Assembly: GCF_964355755.1 (NCBI RefSeq)
Contig: NC_092674.1
Location: 25,854,001-25,918,000 of the forward strand
DNA: 64,000 nucleotides
Direction of reading: 5' to 3'
DNA from: Antedon mediterranea
Taxonomy: Eukaryota; Animalia; Echinodermata
Shown here: positions 1-12,468 of the stretch, one piece after another
Layout of the letters: the number at the start of each line of letters is the position of its first letter
Numbering within the stretch: the first letter of the stretch is position 1
Notes under the pieces: model-generated
What the model saw: only the letters and a program-made list of their open reading frames with translations
What the model was told of the DNA's origin: nothing
The model's database searches: none
Made by a program: the position numbers and the translations under genes

Positions 1-497
1 TCACAAGCGAATACGCCATCGCTTGTGATTGGTCAATTCACTTGCGTTGCGTTACGTCCTTGCGTTGCGTTGCTAGTGGGAACCACGCTTTAGTTGTTGA
101 TAGATACACACTGGCGCATGATCATTACTAATATTAATGTAATAAATAAACCCTCTTTATCCAATTTACATCCATTGACTTTAATAGGTCTCCGAAGATA
201 TTAATGGACATGTTTTTTTCTATCATCATCAGCGGCGAGTTTTGACACAAGATTCTTGTTAAAAAAACACAGCATTGATTAAAAAAACATAACATGTTCT
301 ATCATAAAAGGGCCGCTGCTTTCAGTCTATGTCGTGTCGAGACCTAGTTATTCTAATTATTATCCACTCATCACATTATCAGTATGCAGGCCTATGATAC
401 GTATGTTTTCATTAGGCCCATCCTACGAAGAGACAGCTAACGTATTTGAAGTAAACTTGAATTATTTTGTCTATTTCTAAATGATCAATAATGTCAT

Positions 498-1529
498 TTG
501 TTAAATAATACGAACCAAAGTGACTGTTTCTTTTCGTAGAATTAAAATACGGGTCGATTATTATAAATTTTTTTCAAAAACATCGAGGTCGATACATTTA
601 TTATTGATTTTCAACCAAATTGCCGAAGGATATCCACAGTAATAACGCCGCTCTATAATTGCATGTCAGTTTATTATTGCCTGTTTTGGTACTAGAACGA
701 TGCCCGTGTGTTGCGGTCACTTCGTGGTGTCAAAGGTGTGGGTATAGTTGGTAGGCTATAGTGTTCATTTTGTATGAATTGGTGGCGGCCAGAAGTCTCA
801 TACTTCAGTAAAAATCAAGTCCAGGATTGAACCAAGCCCAGGATTGTGATCTAAAATCGGCCTTCACTTTGCTTTGATCCATTTCCCACTGCTTTGCCAC
901 ATGTCCAAAATGTTGATCCGATGGTTACTAGGGTGCGGCTGCTCCACCAGGGCTGTGACACAATATCCAGAGATGTTAACATTCAATACGACCAGAAATG
1001 TCTGTACTTTAAGGTTAATTCTCCTTCGTAAAAGTTCATTATGATTAATACATAATAATACAGGATTGTTATTATTTTTAATTAATGATTTAATGATGAT
1101 TTTATTTTATTCGGAAAATCATTAAAATACACGAAAACAATACAACGTTATAACATTAACTCTGACAGTGACATAAATGGATTTTTTAGGATTTTAGTTA
1201 TTTTTCCCAGTTTGGTCATTAATTTTTTAAAGCAGATTGTTAAATAATACGAACCAAAGTGACGGTTTCTTTTCGTAGAACAAATACGGGTCGATTTTTT
1301 TTACCTTTATTATTAATTTTTAAAAAGCATCGAGATTGATACATTTATTATTGAGTTTCAAACAAATTGCCGAAGGGTATCCACAGTAATAACGCCGCTC
1401 TATAATTGCATGTCAGGTTATTATTGCCTGTTTTGGTACTAGAACGATACCCGTGTGTTGCGGTCATTTCGTGGTGTCGAAGGTGTGGGTTGAGTTGGTA
1501 GGCTATAGCGTTTTGTATGGATTGGTGGC
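498..1529 (+). repeat. ~290-bp direct duplication (498-788 and 1238-1529)
   Basis: Both copies run from TTGTTAAATAATACGAACCAAAG to ATTGGTGGC with high identity. Confidence 0.85.
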
Positions 1530-2164
1530 AGATTAAAAACTCAATTATGAAATTATATGTATATTGAAATTTGGGGCTGAAACGTCAGCGCAATGAAAAA
1601 AAACATCTTCATAGAAAAATGATTATAATTATACGGATTAAAAGTTGTACAATGACACATGTGATCTATTTTGTATAAAAGGTTGTCGTAATATTGCCAA
1701 AGGTTATAATATGTTATTGTAATATAAAATGTATACTTTTAAAAATCCATGTCAGGTTCATTAATTTCAAAATAATTTATAAGACCTCATTGCGTGTATT
1801 TTCAAGTTTCAAGTTTATTGTTTCACAAAATACAATACAATACAATATGAACAGAAGCATAAATTAATAAATACAATTGTGTGAGGAGGACGCATTAAGC
1901 CAAGGCTTTAAGTTTGGTCCTCCAGATTTTCATCCCAAATGAATAATTCTAATCTTCTTATGAAAACAATAATAGTAATTAGTAAAGTCAGGTTTACGGC
2001 ACACATCATGTTTTCAAAAGGAAACACAGTTAAGTACATGAGTGGAAAATAGTCGTATACCGTATTTATTTGAATAAACGCCTTTTCCAATAAACGCCTC
2101 CCATAGAACATCGTTTGGAATTACCCTTTAATAAACGCCCCGGGACCTTTATTATTTTCCCTTA

Positions 2165-2381
2165 AGCGTGGTTCCCACTAGAACGCAGAGCAACGTAACG
2201 CAGCGACGTATCGACGCAAAGTGATGCATTGCGTAATCGCAAGTGGAACCGACGACGCAATTAGTGCTGTAAAAATCGCAGGTATGATTTCACGCAGGTG
2301 GGAGCAAACACAATGATTGGAAGGGCATTTTCTTACGTTGCGTAGATTGCGTTACGTTGCGTGGCCAGTGAGAACCAAGCT
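2165..2381. mobile_element. Harbinger-like MITE family A/B (TIR AGC(T/G)TGGTTCCCACTAG)
   Basis: TIRs with a TTA direct repeat on both sides. Related copies lie at 1-89, 4325-4478, ~22530-22646, 23540-23725, 23793-23930, ~31540-31675, ~44635-44750 and ~60037-60175. Confidence 0.8.
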
Positions 2382-2582
2382 TTAAATACACCCCGCCATA
2401 ATAACACACAATATTGTATTATAATACATTTCTATTTGTATATTGTAGTTGAATTCAATGACTTCAATGATCTACAATTGACCAAGGAATCACTACAGTA
2501 CCAAAAAAACTTTTATATAACCACGCCGAGAATGTTAAAGAGTCACTATCCAATCGAGCTTGAACTATATCATGAAATGAAA

Positions 2583-2655
2583 GCCCCAATGGTATAATGG
2601 TTAGGACATCTAGCATATCAAGCAGAAGGTCTGGGTTCGAATCTCGATTGGGGCG
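2583..2655 (+). pseudogene. tRNA-like sequence (SINE head or tRNA pseudogene)
   Basis: Acceptor stem GCCCCAA/TTGGGGC pairs 7/7, A box TGGTATAATGG, B box GGTTCGAATC, T-run downstream. Anticodon and T stems are imperfect. Confidence 0.7.
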
Positions 2656-5356
2656 ACTTTTTCTCTCATTCTCACAGATTTTCCCATCTTAGTGTTTCAT
2701 ATTAATTAATTAAATTTCAGTATATCACCAGGCGGTTTAGAATTAATGTGCTATGCCTAATGTGTTTATATATACGGATGTAAAACTAAATTCAGATGAG
2801 GTGAGGGGAACTCGTATACGATACCCATCAAAGCTTTAATTATTACATTTTGATGTACATTTATCCTCTATCTTAATTTTACTGTACTGTATATTGTTTA
2901 CCGGTTGATGCACCATTACACACATGTTTATATTCCTTCAAGCCTATTCCTTCAAGAATTGTTCATCAAAAATTATAATTAACATTGGTAATTATTCGGG
3001 TGAAAGTTGTTAACTTTTTCCAACTAATTAGATATATGAAAATTGGATCTAGATATGATTTAAATTACCCATGCGTGACCTCACTCATAAATCTCCCTAA
3101 AAGAGTAGTTTTACCAAAGTGGTTGGTAATCATCAACGGCGTGAGGTAAAAATAATAACAATCAAAATATACAGTATTTTTTATTGGCAGCAGAAAAGGG
3201 TACCCAAAATACGGTATACATTTATAAATGCCGTATTTTATCCACATATTTGGTGGGGAAAATACGGTATACAAAATACGGTATATTTTTTATGAGCGCC
3301 GTTTCCGCTGCCAAGAATATACCGTATATATACGGTATTTTAAAAAAAATACTGTATTTCCTTGGCAGCCAAAACTTAAATTAGGGATTTTCTAACTCAA
3401 ATTCATGAGGATTTTCAGGTTGGACGGTCCATCAATAGGCAGCCTTAAATGGGCTTTTTTGTTTTTCGGTTAAATGGTTTTAAATTAAAGCACCAGACGA
3501 AGAAAGACAGTAAATATTTTGTATACTGTTTATAAACAATTATTGGTTGGTAGACATCATGGCAAACGTCGACATTTTTGGGAAAAGTATGTCAAATTGA
3601 AGGCGCTTTTATTTGGCAAAATAGGAGACTTACTGTATGGCATAGCGCCCTCAATTTATTAATTAATATTTTGCACAAATGTCTGCATAATTATATTTAG
3701 TTGTACTATAGAGGAAACATGTATTATTAGGTTATAGTTTTATTCTTAATGAATTTTCTAGGTTTTAGTTTGCGCATTTTATGCGTAACAATAGCACACA
3801 GTGGGCCTGCTATACGGAATCTAGTGTAATCTATAAAGTGTACGATTACAAAACACATTTAATTATGAAATCGATGTCATGTATCATGTTTAATTTTAAT
3901 CATGTAAACCGTTCCATCATGTAGATTATGTCTACTTCATGTGCTTATATTATCAACTTATTAGATGCTCATGTCGCAGAACTAGGCTTACCTCAGCCTC
4001 AGCCCATGACAACCACTACAGGCACATCAGAATAGAACATCTACCGTGATCCGAGAGACGATTCCTTACAAAAAAAAGCGTAGGCCTAACTGTAGATCGT
4101 TTTCGTGCGTATTTTCATGTAGATTTTGTTTTTACCGACAGAAAGTGCTCAACGTCTCCTGCGAAAGATAAAAGAATGCTAATGCCCACGTAAGCAAATA
4201 TTGGTCCGAAGAAGAAAAAAATCTCGTCCGGATAAAACCGAGTGTGACCCAAAACACTTTAAGAAAACGGAAAATAAATGTCTCTTTCACATATTAATTA
4301 TAGTTTAGCTCTAGTGCGTGTTTATGCTTGGTTCCCACTAGATACAAAGCGCAAGTACGTAAGCGCAAAGTAAGTGATTTGACCAATCACAAGGAATATT
4401 CGAATTGGCGTAATTTTTCAACTCGCTTGCGCTGTGTCTCTTATGTCCCTGCGTTGCATTTCTAGTGTGAATTGAGCTTTAAAGGTAGACAACATCGGTA
4501 AATTATACAAGCAAGTATAGGCTAGTATCATTTAAATGTACAAAAATATTGGATAGAAGAAATGTTGTTTCCATTAATGGATATACTTGTTATTACTAAT
4601 ACAGTGTGACCCTACCCACTAAGCATGCTGACATCATTTTACTTCATCTTTAGCTCCATTTGAAATGAACCGACCATGATATAGGTCAACTTATAGTTCC
4701 ATAAATATTATTAAAATAATTGACTGTCAGTTTTATTATATATTAGAAATAAGACATTTCGTGTACAATTATGCAAATGAATTTTTTTCTTTGTAATCTA
4801 GTGTTCATGCGCTAACCATTGGACACAATCATTTTCTAAATTGCGTTTTAACTTTTTCAATCAGAAAGCTTGTCGTCGGTGCACGGTGAAAATGATTGTA
4901 AAATAATAGCAGTGTTAGGAATATTGCAAAAATAATAATCGCAGGAAATTTTACAGGAGCCTATATTATCTTCAATATTAATATTCTTTCCAGTAAGAGT
5001 TTTTGTTAGACACGGCGTTTACTGCTATTGCGGTGATATGACTGTGGTGGTTATTCTATTGCGGCGCTTAATCGCACTCTGATGCTTATTTGATTGCGGC
5101 GCTTAGTATACTGCGGTCCTTAAATCTGTGATGCTTATTTTACCGGCGGAGCTTTTTTTTATATTTTATTTTATTCAATCGAAGCCAACAGCGATAATTA
5201 CCGCCACTAACAGGTTTGATACAAACAAAGCCAGGACTGTTTAAAGCACCTTGATTGGTCCATTGATCAAGGGCTTCTCTCGTCCAGTGCCCACCTTGAC
5301 CAGAGGTCTGAGGAAGATTCTAGATGCAGGGGCTGCCATAAGAGTCAGCAGTGCTG

Positions 5357-6646
5357 ATTTCAATTTCAATTTCAATTTCAAAAGACATTTATTTTCCTCC
5401 ATAGCAATACAATACAAAATAATAAACAGAAATGGTAAGGTATATTAAAAATGAAATAGATGATTGTTGGATATACAAAAGAAAAGTGAATTTAAAAAAA
5501 TTGGCTATGGAGGAGGCATAATCCAGAGAAGATGATGAAATCTTGTGCTGGGTATGCCTATGCAAATAAAATGGATAATTGAATAAGAGTGAAAATTAAG
5601 AGAAACAAACAAGACAAAAAAACGCACACAAAATGAAAAAAAATAAATAAAAAAAACTCAAAAACCACAGTAGATCAATATTCAGCAGCATAAATCAAAT
5701 TGCGACATTCGATCGTTGTCTTTTAATAGTTTGACATTAGGTGTTGTTTTAATTTTTTGGAAAATAAAGAAATTGAAACAGCATTTGTAATTGGGGGTGG
5801 TAAACTGTTCATCATTGATGGACCGGAGTATCCAATACTGTTTTGAAAATAATTGGTGTTGTGGATAGGTTTGTGTATATCAGTTCTAGAACGTGTAGGG
5901 TAATTGTGAATAGAAAAATTCGGAATAAACATATTGTTTAAATGATTTGGAGAAGTGGAATGCAGGGCAGAGAATACAAATTTGCCTTGTTGCATTAAGT
6001 TTATATCAATGAGTTTGAGGAGATTAAGTTTGGAAAATAAATGGGAAGAATGGGACCGCGGTAGAGCGCCAGATATAATCCTGATAGCCTCCTTTTGTAT
6101 AATTTGCAGTTTACTGAGGTTGGATACGTAAGTATTGGCCCAGACAATGTTACAGTAGCTCAAATAGGGAAGAATGAGGGAGCAGTAAATGGTTCGAAGA
6201 ATATTAAGGGGTACAAATGAGGATAACCTAGATATGATACCAACGCTTTTGGAAGTCTTATTCTCTACTTCTTTAATATGATTGTTCCACGTTAGATTGC
6301 TGTCCATAACTACACCTAAAAACTTAGCTGATTGTACACAAGGTATATCCTGGTTGTCAATGGTAATTTTGTTGGCTGATAAGTCAATAGATTTTAATAG
6401 TTGTGGGGTCCCAAAGAGGATAAAGCTACATTTTTTATGATTAAGAGAAAGTTTATTAGCTGCAAAATATTGGGACAAATTGATCAAATTAGAGTTGACA
6501 GTATTGAATAAGGATTGGACATTTTTGTTAGAATAAAGTACTGTAGTGTCGTCAGCATAAAGGAAAACATTTAGGAGCTTTGAAGAGAAGTGAATAACAT
6601 TGATGTATAGAATAAATAAGAGGGGGCCAAGTAGAGATCCTTGAGC
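5357..6646 (-). mobile_element. 5'-truncated non-LTR retrotransposon (CR1/L2/Crack group): RT C-terminal half plus 3' UTR
   Basis: Minus-strand translation gives QGSLLGPLLF, LYADD, NKLSLN..K, KFLGVVMDSNLTW..HI and Y.SLILPYLSYC..VW. The 3' end has AATAAA followed by a (TTGAAA)n tail at ~5357-5382. Confidence 0.9.
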
Positions 6647-6701
6647 TCGCTTAACTTCGGTGATCTGACAAGAACCGGTGTTTCAACGTGGTAAAGCCGT
6701 A
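6645..6701 (-). pseudogene. 5S rRNA 5'-half fragment (about nt 4-57)
   Basis: Reverse complement TACGGCTTTACCACGTTGAAACACCGGTTCTTGTCAGATCACCGAAGTTAAGC closely matches the invertebrate 5S 5' half up to box A. The 3' half is absent. Confidence 0.85.
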
Positions 6702-9542
6702 TATTTTTTAAATATTAGGATTTAAAAAAGCTCCGCCGGTAAAATAAGCATCACAGTTTTAAGGACCGCAGTGACCTACGCCGCTTTATCCGTTGGTGCT
6801 TATTGAATGCTGCGCTTATTTTATATTTTCGATTATCGATGCACGTGATATTTTCATCGAGCTTATGTCTTTTTTTTTGCACAATTCTTAGTAAATCCCT
6901 ACGCCATGTCATTAATTATATTCTTATTCTTTTGTCTGAAGTGAGATGTGATTAAGATAAGCTGATCAACATACAATAACAAAAAAAATCATCGAATAAT
7001 GGAAAATGTAATTTATTATAATAACGAAAGTTATTAGCAAATAGGCCTATAAAACAACGCAACACAAATTACATCATAATTTTCATTTGTAGGCCAGAAC
7101 TGTATGTGTGACCTTAATAATAAAATTTGTATCAAAATAATTATTAATTCATCTTTATTTAGTGAAATCAGTACCGGTATACAAAAACATTGTACTATCA
7201 TTGTTATCCCACCATATAATCAATATCTTTTAAAATCTTAAATGTATTGTCCCCCGAAAAACATGAAAAATGAAGATTAATAAAATCAGACTTTGAATAG
7301 GCCATCTTGTAGTTTTAACAAACCTCGAAATATAATGTTTTCACAAAAATAACAAAATAAATAATTAACTTAAAACCCATTGACTGGCAGCCAATTTTTT
7401 TTGCTTTAAATTACAGTTTCTTTCAGTTAATTAATGTTTTTCCGATCCATTTTTTTTTGTCAAAGTGAATACCTGTTATGTGACATTAAAATGGCATATT
7501 CAACAACAAAAATGTAGAAATATATATTTATTTTGTCATCTTTAATCACGATTATTTATATGAATCGTTATATCATCGATAACTCATGTTATTAATACCG
7601 TCTCTTTACACATCATCTTTCTTCTTTCGTGTCAGCATCTTCCCTCTCTCCTCCCAACACTTTTCATCACTTCCATCATTATATCGTCACCCGGTTAACT
7701 TTTTTTTCATCATCATTTGATTGTCGTATATAATCACGATCGACATCCTATTGAAATACGATTGCCTTTTCGGTAAAACCATCAATAGCGTGCATCCTGA
7801 ACCAAATTCTCAGAATGAATAATGCTATCAGAATGATTACCTCTCCATGGTTATTGTAAAAACCATTATTTAATGAGAAATTAGTAAAATATTAGTGCAA
7901 AGTGGATGTGAAAGTGTCATTAACCGTGGTATTGGCCAGCGATCGGAAAGGGCAGCGTTTTGAAGTTTTCCGTCGTTAAGTCCCGTGTGTTAATAATAAA
8001 CTAGTGCTGTATGTTAAGCTTATTATTAATGGGTAAACCATAGACCCATTAGCAAAATTAGAAAGTTGGTGTTAATAAATATATGCGTGTATATGACATA
8101 TGTCATTTTGGATGCATATTTTATTATCAAGTTGATATGGTTGTAGATGCGGTTGTCGTTAATATACCACTCAGTGTGCAAAGTAATTTAAGTGAATCAA
8201 ATTACAGTTTTAATATACAATGTTTAACCTTCGTAAATTTTAAGCAGAATGAAAACAATGACATAATATATCGTAAACAATTTGATTTTGTATTTATTTG
8301 ATATATGTAGAAACAAACAACAAACACACCAGCAAACAAACACACATGAAAGTCGCGTGCACAAATTTGAGTTAGTGTTGTTTTTTTGTCTTGTGTGGGT
8401 TCGTCCCACTTTTATTATCATACTCTGTTATAAATATTATATTTTTTAAGCGTATTTTTTTCCTCTCGTTTAATGTTTATATGTTACACTGTTAAAAGTA
8501 ATTGTAATAAAAACATTGCATTCGTTAATTTACATTTAAAAAAAGTAATGTAAATATATAAAATAAGTAACAAAATGCCAATAAAAAACGATAAAAACTG
8601 ATTAAAAACGGACTTTTGACAGTTTTCATTATTCTATAAATCTCGTGTTCGTGTTGAGTTAGTGTTTACCGACCGACCAACACAGTGAGCTGTAGAGTCG
8701 TGTTTGCACACAAATAAAAACCACCCCTGGAATTATCTGTAAATTTCTAAATCCCCAAAGAAGGATGGTTCCCAACAATTATAATTATTACCCAAGGACT
8801 CCAATGGTAATAAACCAGAGTTTGTTTTGTGGTTTTTTAACCATTCTGATCAAAATATGTCTCTTTCCGTTTCATATAAAACGGTTTAAAATATTGTGAA
8901 GAAATTAGCAGCATTGTTCATCAAATGAATAAATGAATGAACAATATTTTGAGATACTGTTGTATCATGATATTAGAGCTACCGACATGTTAGAACATTT
9001 CTAGCGTCAATATTTCTTATTTGTGTAGGCCTAATGTAGGCCTACCCGCGCCTTTTATTTATTGACCGCATAGACCACCGAGCATTCGTTGTTTCTGACC
9101 GTTATAATGCTGCAGGCGTTGGTTGAGAAATAGGAAACTTTCGATGCAACGATGCTACTTGTTACGCATGCGGTGAAATCGGTATCAACCTAAAGCCTAT
9201 GAATACACATATTGTGTATAAGCTGAACAACTTCATCTAGTAGAAAATCGACTAATCGAAATAGTACCGTACTTTGTTTGACTAGATTACGTAAAATGCA
9301 CATGGGTTGGAACCGCGAATTTAAGTTTTTCTGGTAGACGACACTTCGCGAATAAGTTATATTTTGACATGACAGTCTCTAAAGACCCCATGGTATAGTG
9401 CAGGTTGTTCTGTATCTCCTATCCAATAATATTTTCGGTAGAAATTAGGTTATATGACAACTTGCGCCTTCGAAACATTATTTAGTGTGATATGCGCTAT
9501 AAACAATTCCTTTTAATTTAAATAACTATAATTGGAGTTTAA

Positions 9543-9835
9543 AGATGATTGTCCCCCAAAAACATGAAAAATTAAGATTAATTAAATCAAAAAAAATAAA
9601 AAAAATAATGTTTTCACTAGTAAAATGACAAAATAAATGGTTAAATTCAACCAAAAATCCATTGGCTGGCAGCCAATTTGACAATTTTTTGCATTAAATT
9701 ACTTTTTTTTTTCAGGTAAATACACTTTTTTAGACCCATTTTTTGGTCAAAGTGGATAACTGTTACGTTACATTAAAATTGAATATTCAACACATTTTTT
9801 TTAAAGAATTATTTTTTCAGGGGGACAATACATCT
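9543..9835. mobile_element. Kolobok-like MITE (TIR AGATGTATTGTCCCC, TTAA TSD)
   Basis: TTAA on both sides with AG...CT termini. Copies lie at ~7240-7541, 12119-12468, 34282-34628, 42148-42350 and 42541-42872, with a partial copy at 41703-41880. Confidence 0.75.
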
Positions 9836-10887
9836 TTAACAATCATTCTCTCTTTTGTGCTCTGTGCTGCACTAGCCTAAACAATTTACAAAACCCTATT
9901 ACATCAAACACAGGGGTAAAACAATTGTTCTTTGAGACCAAACAGGTTTCTCCTTAATAGAGATACAAAGGTGAAGTGAACATAAACTTAATGAACACTT
10001 TTATGTTTTATATTTAACAATTGTTAAAAGATTATTACAATTGTATTCTTATGTTCACGGCCTTAGTGAAGAACAGCCCTGAATGGTCTGGGCCCCGTCG
10101 TTAAATAAAGTTGAATTAAATTTGCTGTATAGTATTAAAAACTATTTTGACACATGAAACTAGTAAGTAAGAAATAAGTTATTTAATATGAATGGAAAGT
10201 CATCGTTGCAACATGCACGTAAAAGGAGAACATTGGGATGCTCTGAAAGGGCCAAATACACATGTCTCAAAATCGTAACTGAAAGCAAAATAGAGAAGCA
10301 GAGAAAGGAGGGAAGTTAAAATTGTTTTACTTGGCCAAAACTGGCGTGGTAATCTGTTGACAGCGTGAGGTGAATAGAATGAGATGCTCACGCTGTCATT
10401 ACGCTGTCGTTCGTTTCACAATGAAAGTGTCCCCTGAATAGAAGTGTTCCAAATGAGGGCTTCTCAATCTGGTCACTAAATATGTCATCTTCAATCAAAT
10501 TGATTAAGTGTATGTGACCTACATTTTTTTAACGGAAAAACAAGTGTATGAATTGCATGCATTGATGTGTTAGTACATTGCACGTCTAGGAATGCTAATA
10601 ATTATATAGTATCTAGATTGTACATTAGCATGGTTATTTGTAGGCCAATTTACAGATACAGTAAATATGTTCGTAGAATTAGCATTTCCGAATGGAATGA
10701 GTTCACAAATATTTCTCAATATCTCATCTGTATTGGTCGGGCGATTCTCGTATACGGTGTCATGAATACAGACAATAAACTGCGAGATTGTTTATGTCAA
10801 GTGACGGTAAAACGCCTAGTATCCACGTAGTTCCTAACACCTAAGGCATCTTTCTATTAAAAAATCTCGAAAGAACGGTTAAAAGGT

Positions 10888-11216
10888 GACTTTAAAAAAA
10901 AGGTACAGCTAAAACTTGCTCCACAAAACCCCCTTTTAAACTGACACTTAAAAAAAGGTACAGCTAAAATTTGCTCCACAAAACCCCTTTTAAACTAACT
11001 TTTAAAAAAAGGTACATCTAAAATTTGCTCCACAAAACCCCCTTTTAAAATGACTTTTAAAAAAAGGTACAGCTAAAATTTGCTCCACAAAACCCCCTTT
11101 TAAACTGACTTTTAAAAAAAAGCTGTAGCTAAAACTCGCTCCACAAAACCCCCTTTTAAACTGACTTTTAAAAAAGAGGTACAGCTCAAATTTGCTCCAA
11201 AAAACCCCTTTAAAAA
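10888..11216. repeat. ~54-bp tandem repeat, ~6 copies
   Basis: Unit GACTTTTAAAAAAAGGTACAGCTAAAATTTGCTCCACAAAACCCCCTTTTAAACT. Confidence 0.9.
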
Positions 11217-12118
11217 CGGTATTGACGATCGAGAACGGAATCGGGGGTTTAAACCCATATTTAAAATGGATTGTATTCATGGTGACACTTTCCTGTTGCA
11301 AAGTAAATACAGTTCTTTCAAAATGCAGTATTTAAATCAGCATTCAGACATCATATCATTTTTTCTATTCATTTGTATCTTTTTATCCTTTATGTCAGAG
11401 TATGTAAATAAACGTTATGCAACTTGAATTCTCTTGGTCATTTTGGAACGCACATATCTCGCACGCCGAAAACTCAGACATCACAATTTGAATCTTTGAA
11501 TCTAAAATATGATGCTGCAAAAATTCACATAAAATAAAAATGCCGATAGGCGCCGTTCGTTCATCAACTTTCATCTGTTAATTGAAATGAATTTTATGTT
11601 AATATTGATGATGTGTTTACTGGCGAAGACGGGCTAGTTATTGTGACGTTTATGGACACTGTCTGCACTATGCCGTCGAACATTCTTCTTATCTGCATTT
11701 TTCCTAATTAGTTTCTGAATTATAGACAACATAATTACGGTGGTATATGGAATTGGCAAATGTGCTTGTTGATTACGTCATTCCTATGGGGGCTTAATAT
11801 GAAGAATTGTCAATTATGTTTGTGCGTTTCTAAAACAGCTATTCATTTAAAGATTTAATTCAAAAGTTATGTTCATGAAGTTAGTAAAACTGAAATCCTG
11901 GGGAAATGGTACTCACTTCTATTGCTTGATTTAATTTAATTTAATTTTGGAGGTTCAAAGAATAATTCAACGTGAAAATATTCCAATAACAAAGTTAAAT
12001 GTATAGTAAGATAAGAAGTTGAAATGTAACTTGTAGGCCTACCAGAAATGGCAGAAACAATTTGTATTGTTGTCATTTTAACCTAAAATAAAATTATTTA
12101 AACTTCTTAGTTCATTAA

Positions 12119-12468
12119 AGATATATTGTCCCCCTAAAAAAATATTTTTTTTTAAATTTTTTTGTTGAATATGTTATTTTAATGTCACATAATAGTTATT
12201 CACTCTCACAAAAAATTGGGTCTGAAAAAAATTTATTTACCTGAGAAAAATGTAATTTAAAGCAAAAAATGGTCAAATTGTCTGGAAGACAATGAGTTTT
12301 TGGGTAATTTAACTGTTTATTTTGTCTTTTTATAGGTGAAATAATTTCCCCCCCCCCCCGTTTTTTTTCTTATGGAAGTGAACAACTTCATTAAAACTGC
12401 AAAATGGCCTATTCAAAGTCCGATTTTAAAAATCTTTATTTTTCGTGATTTTGGGGGACAATACATCT
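12119..12468. mobile_element. Kolobok-like MITE copy
   Basis: TTAA-AGATATATTGTCCCC ... GGGGACAATACATCT-TTAA. Confidence 0.75.

Noticed and set aside
2583-2655. Functional tRNA gene
   Set aside because: Bulged anticodon stem, atypical anticodon loop (ATATCAA) and mispaired T stem; better read as a SINE head or pseudogene.
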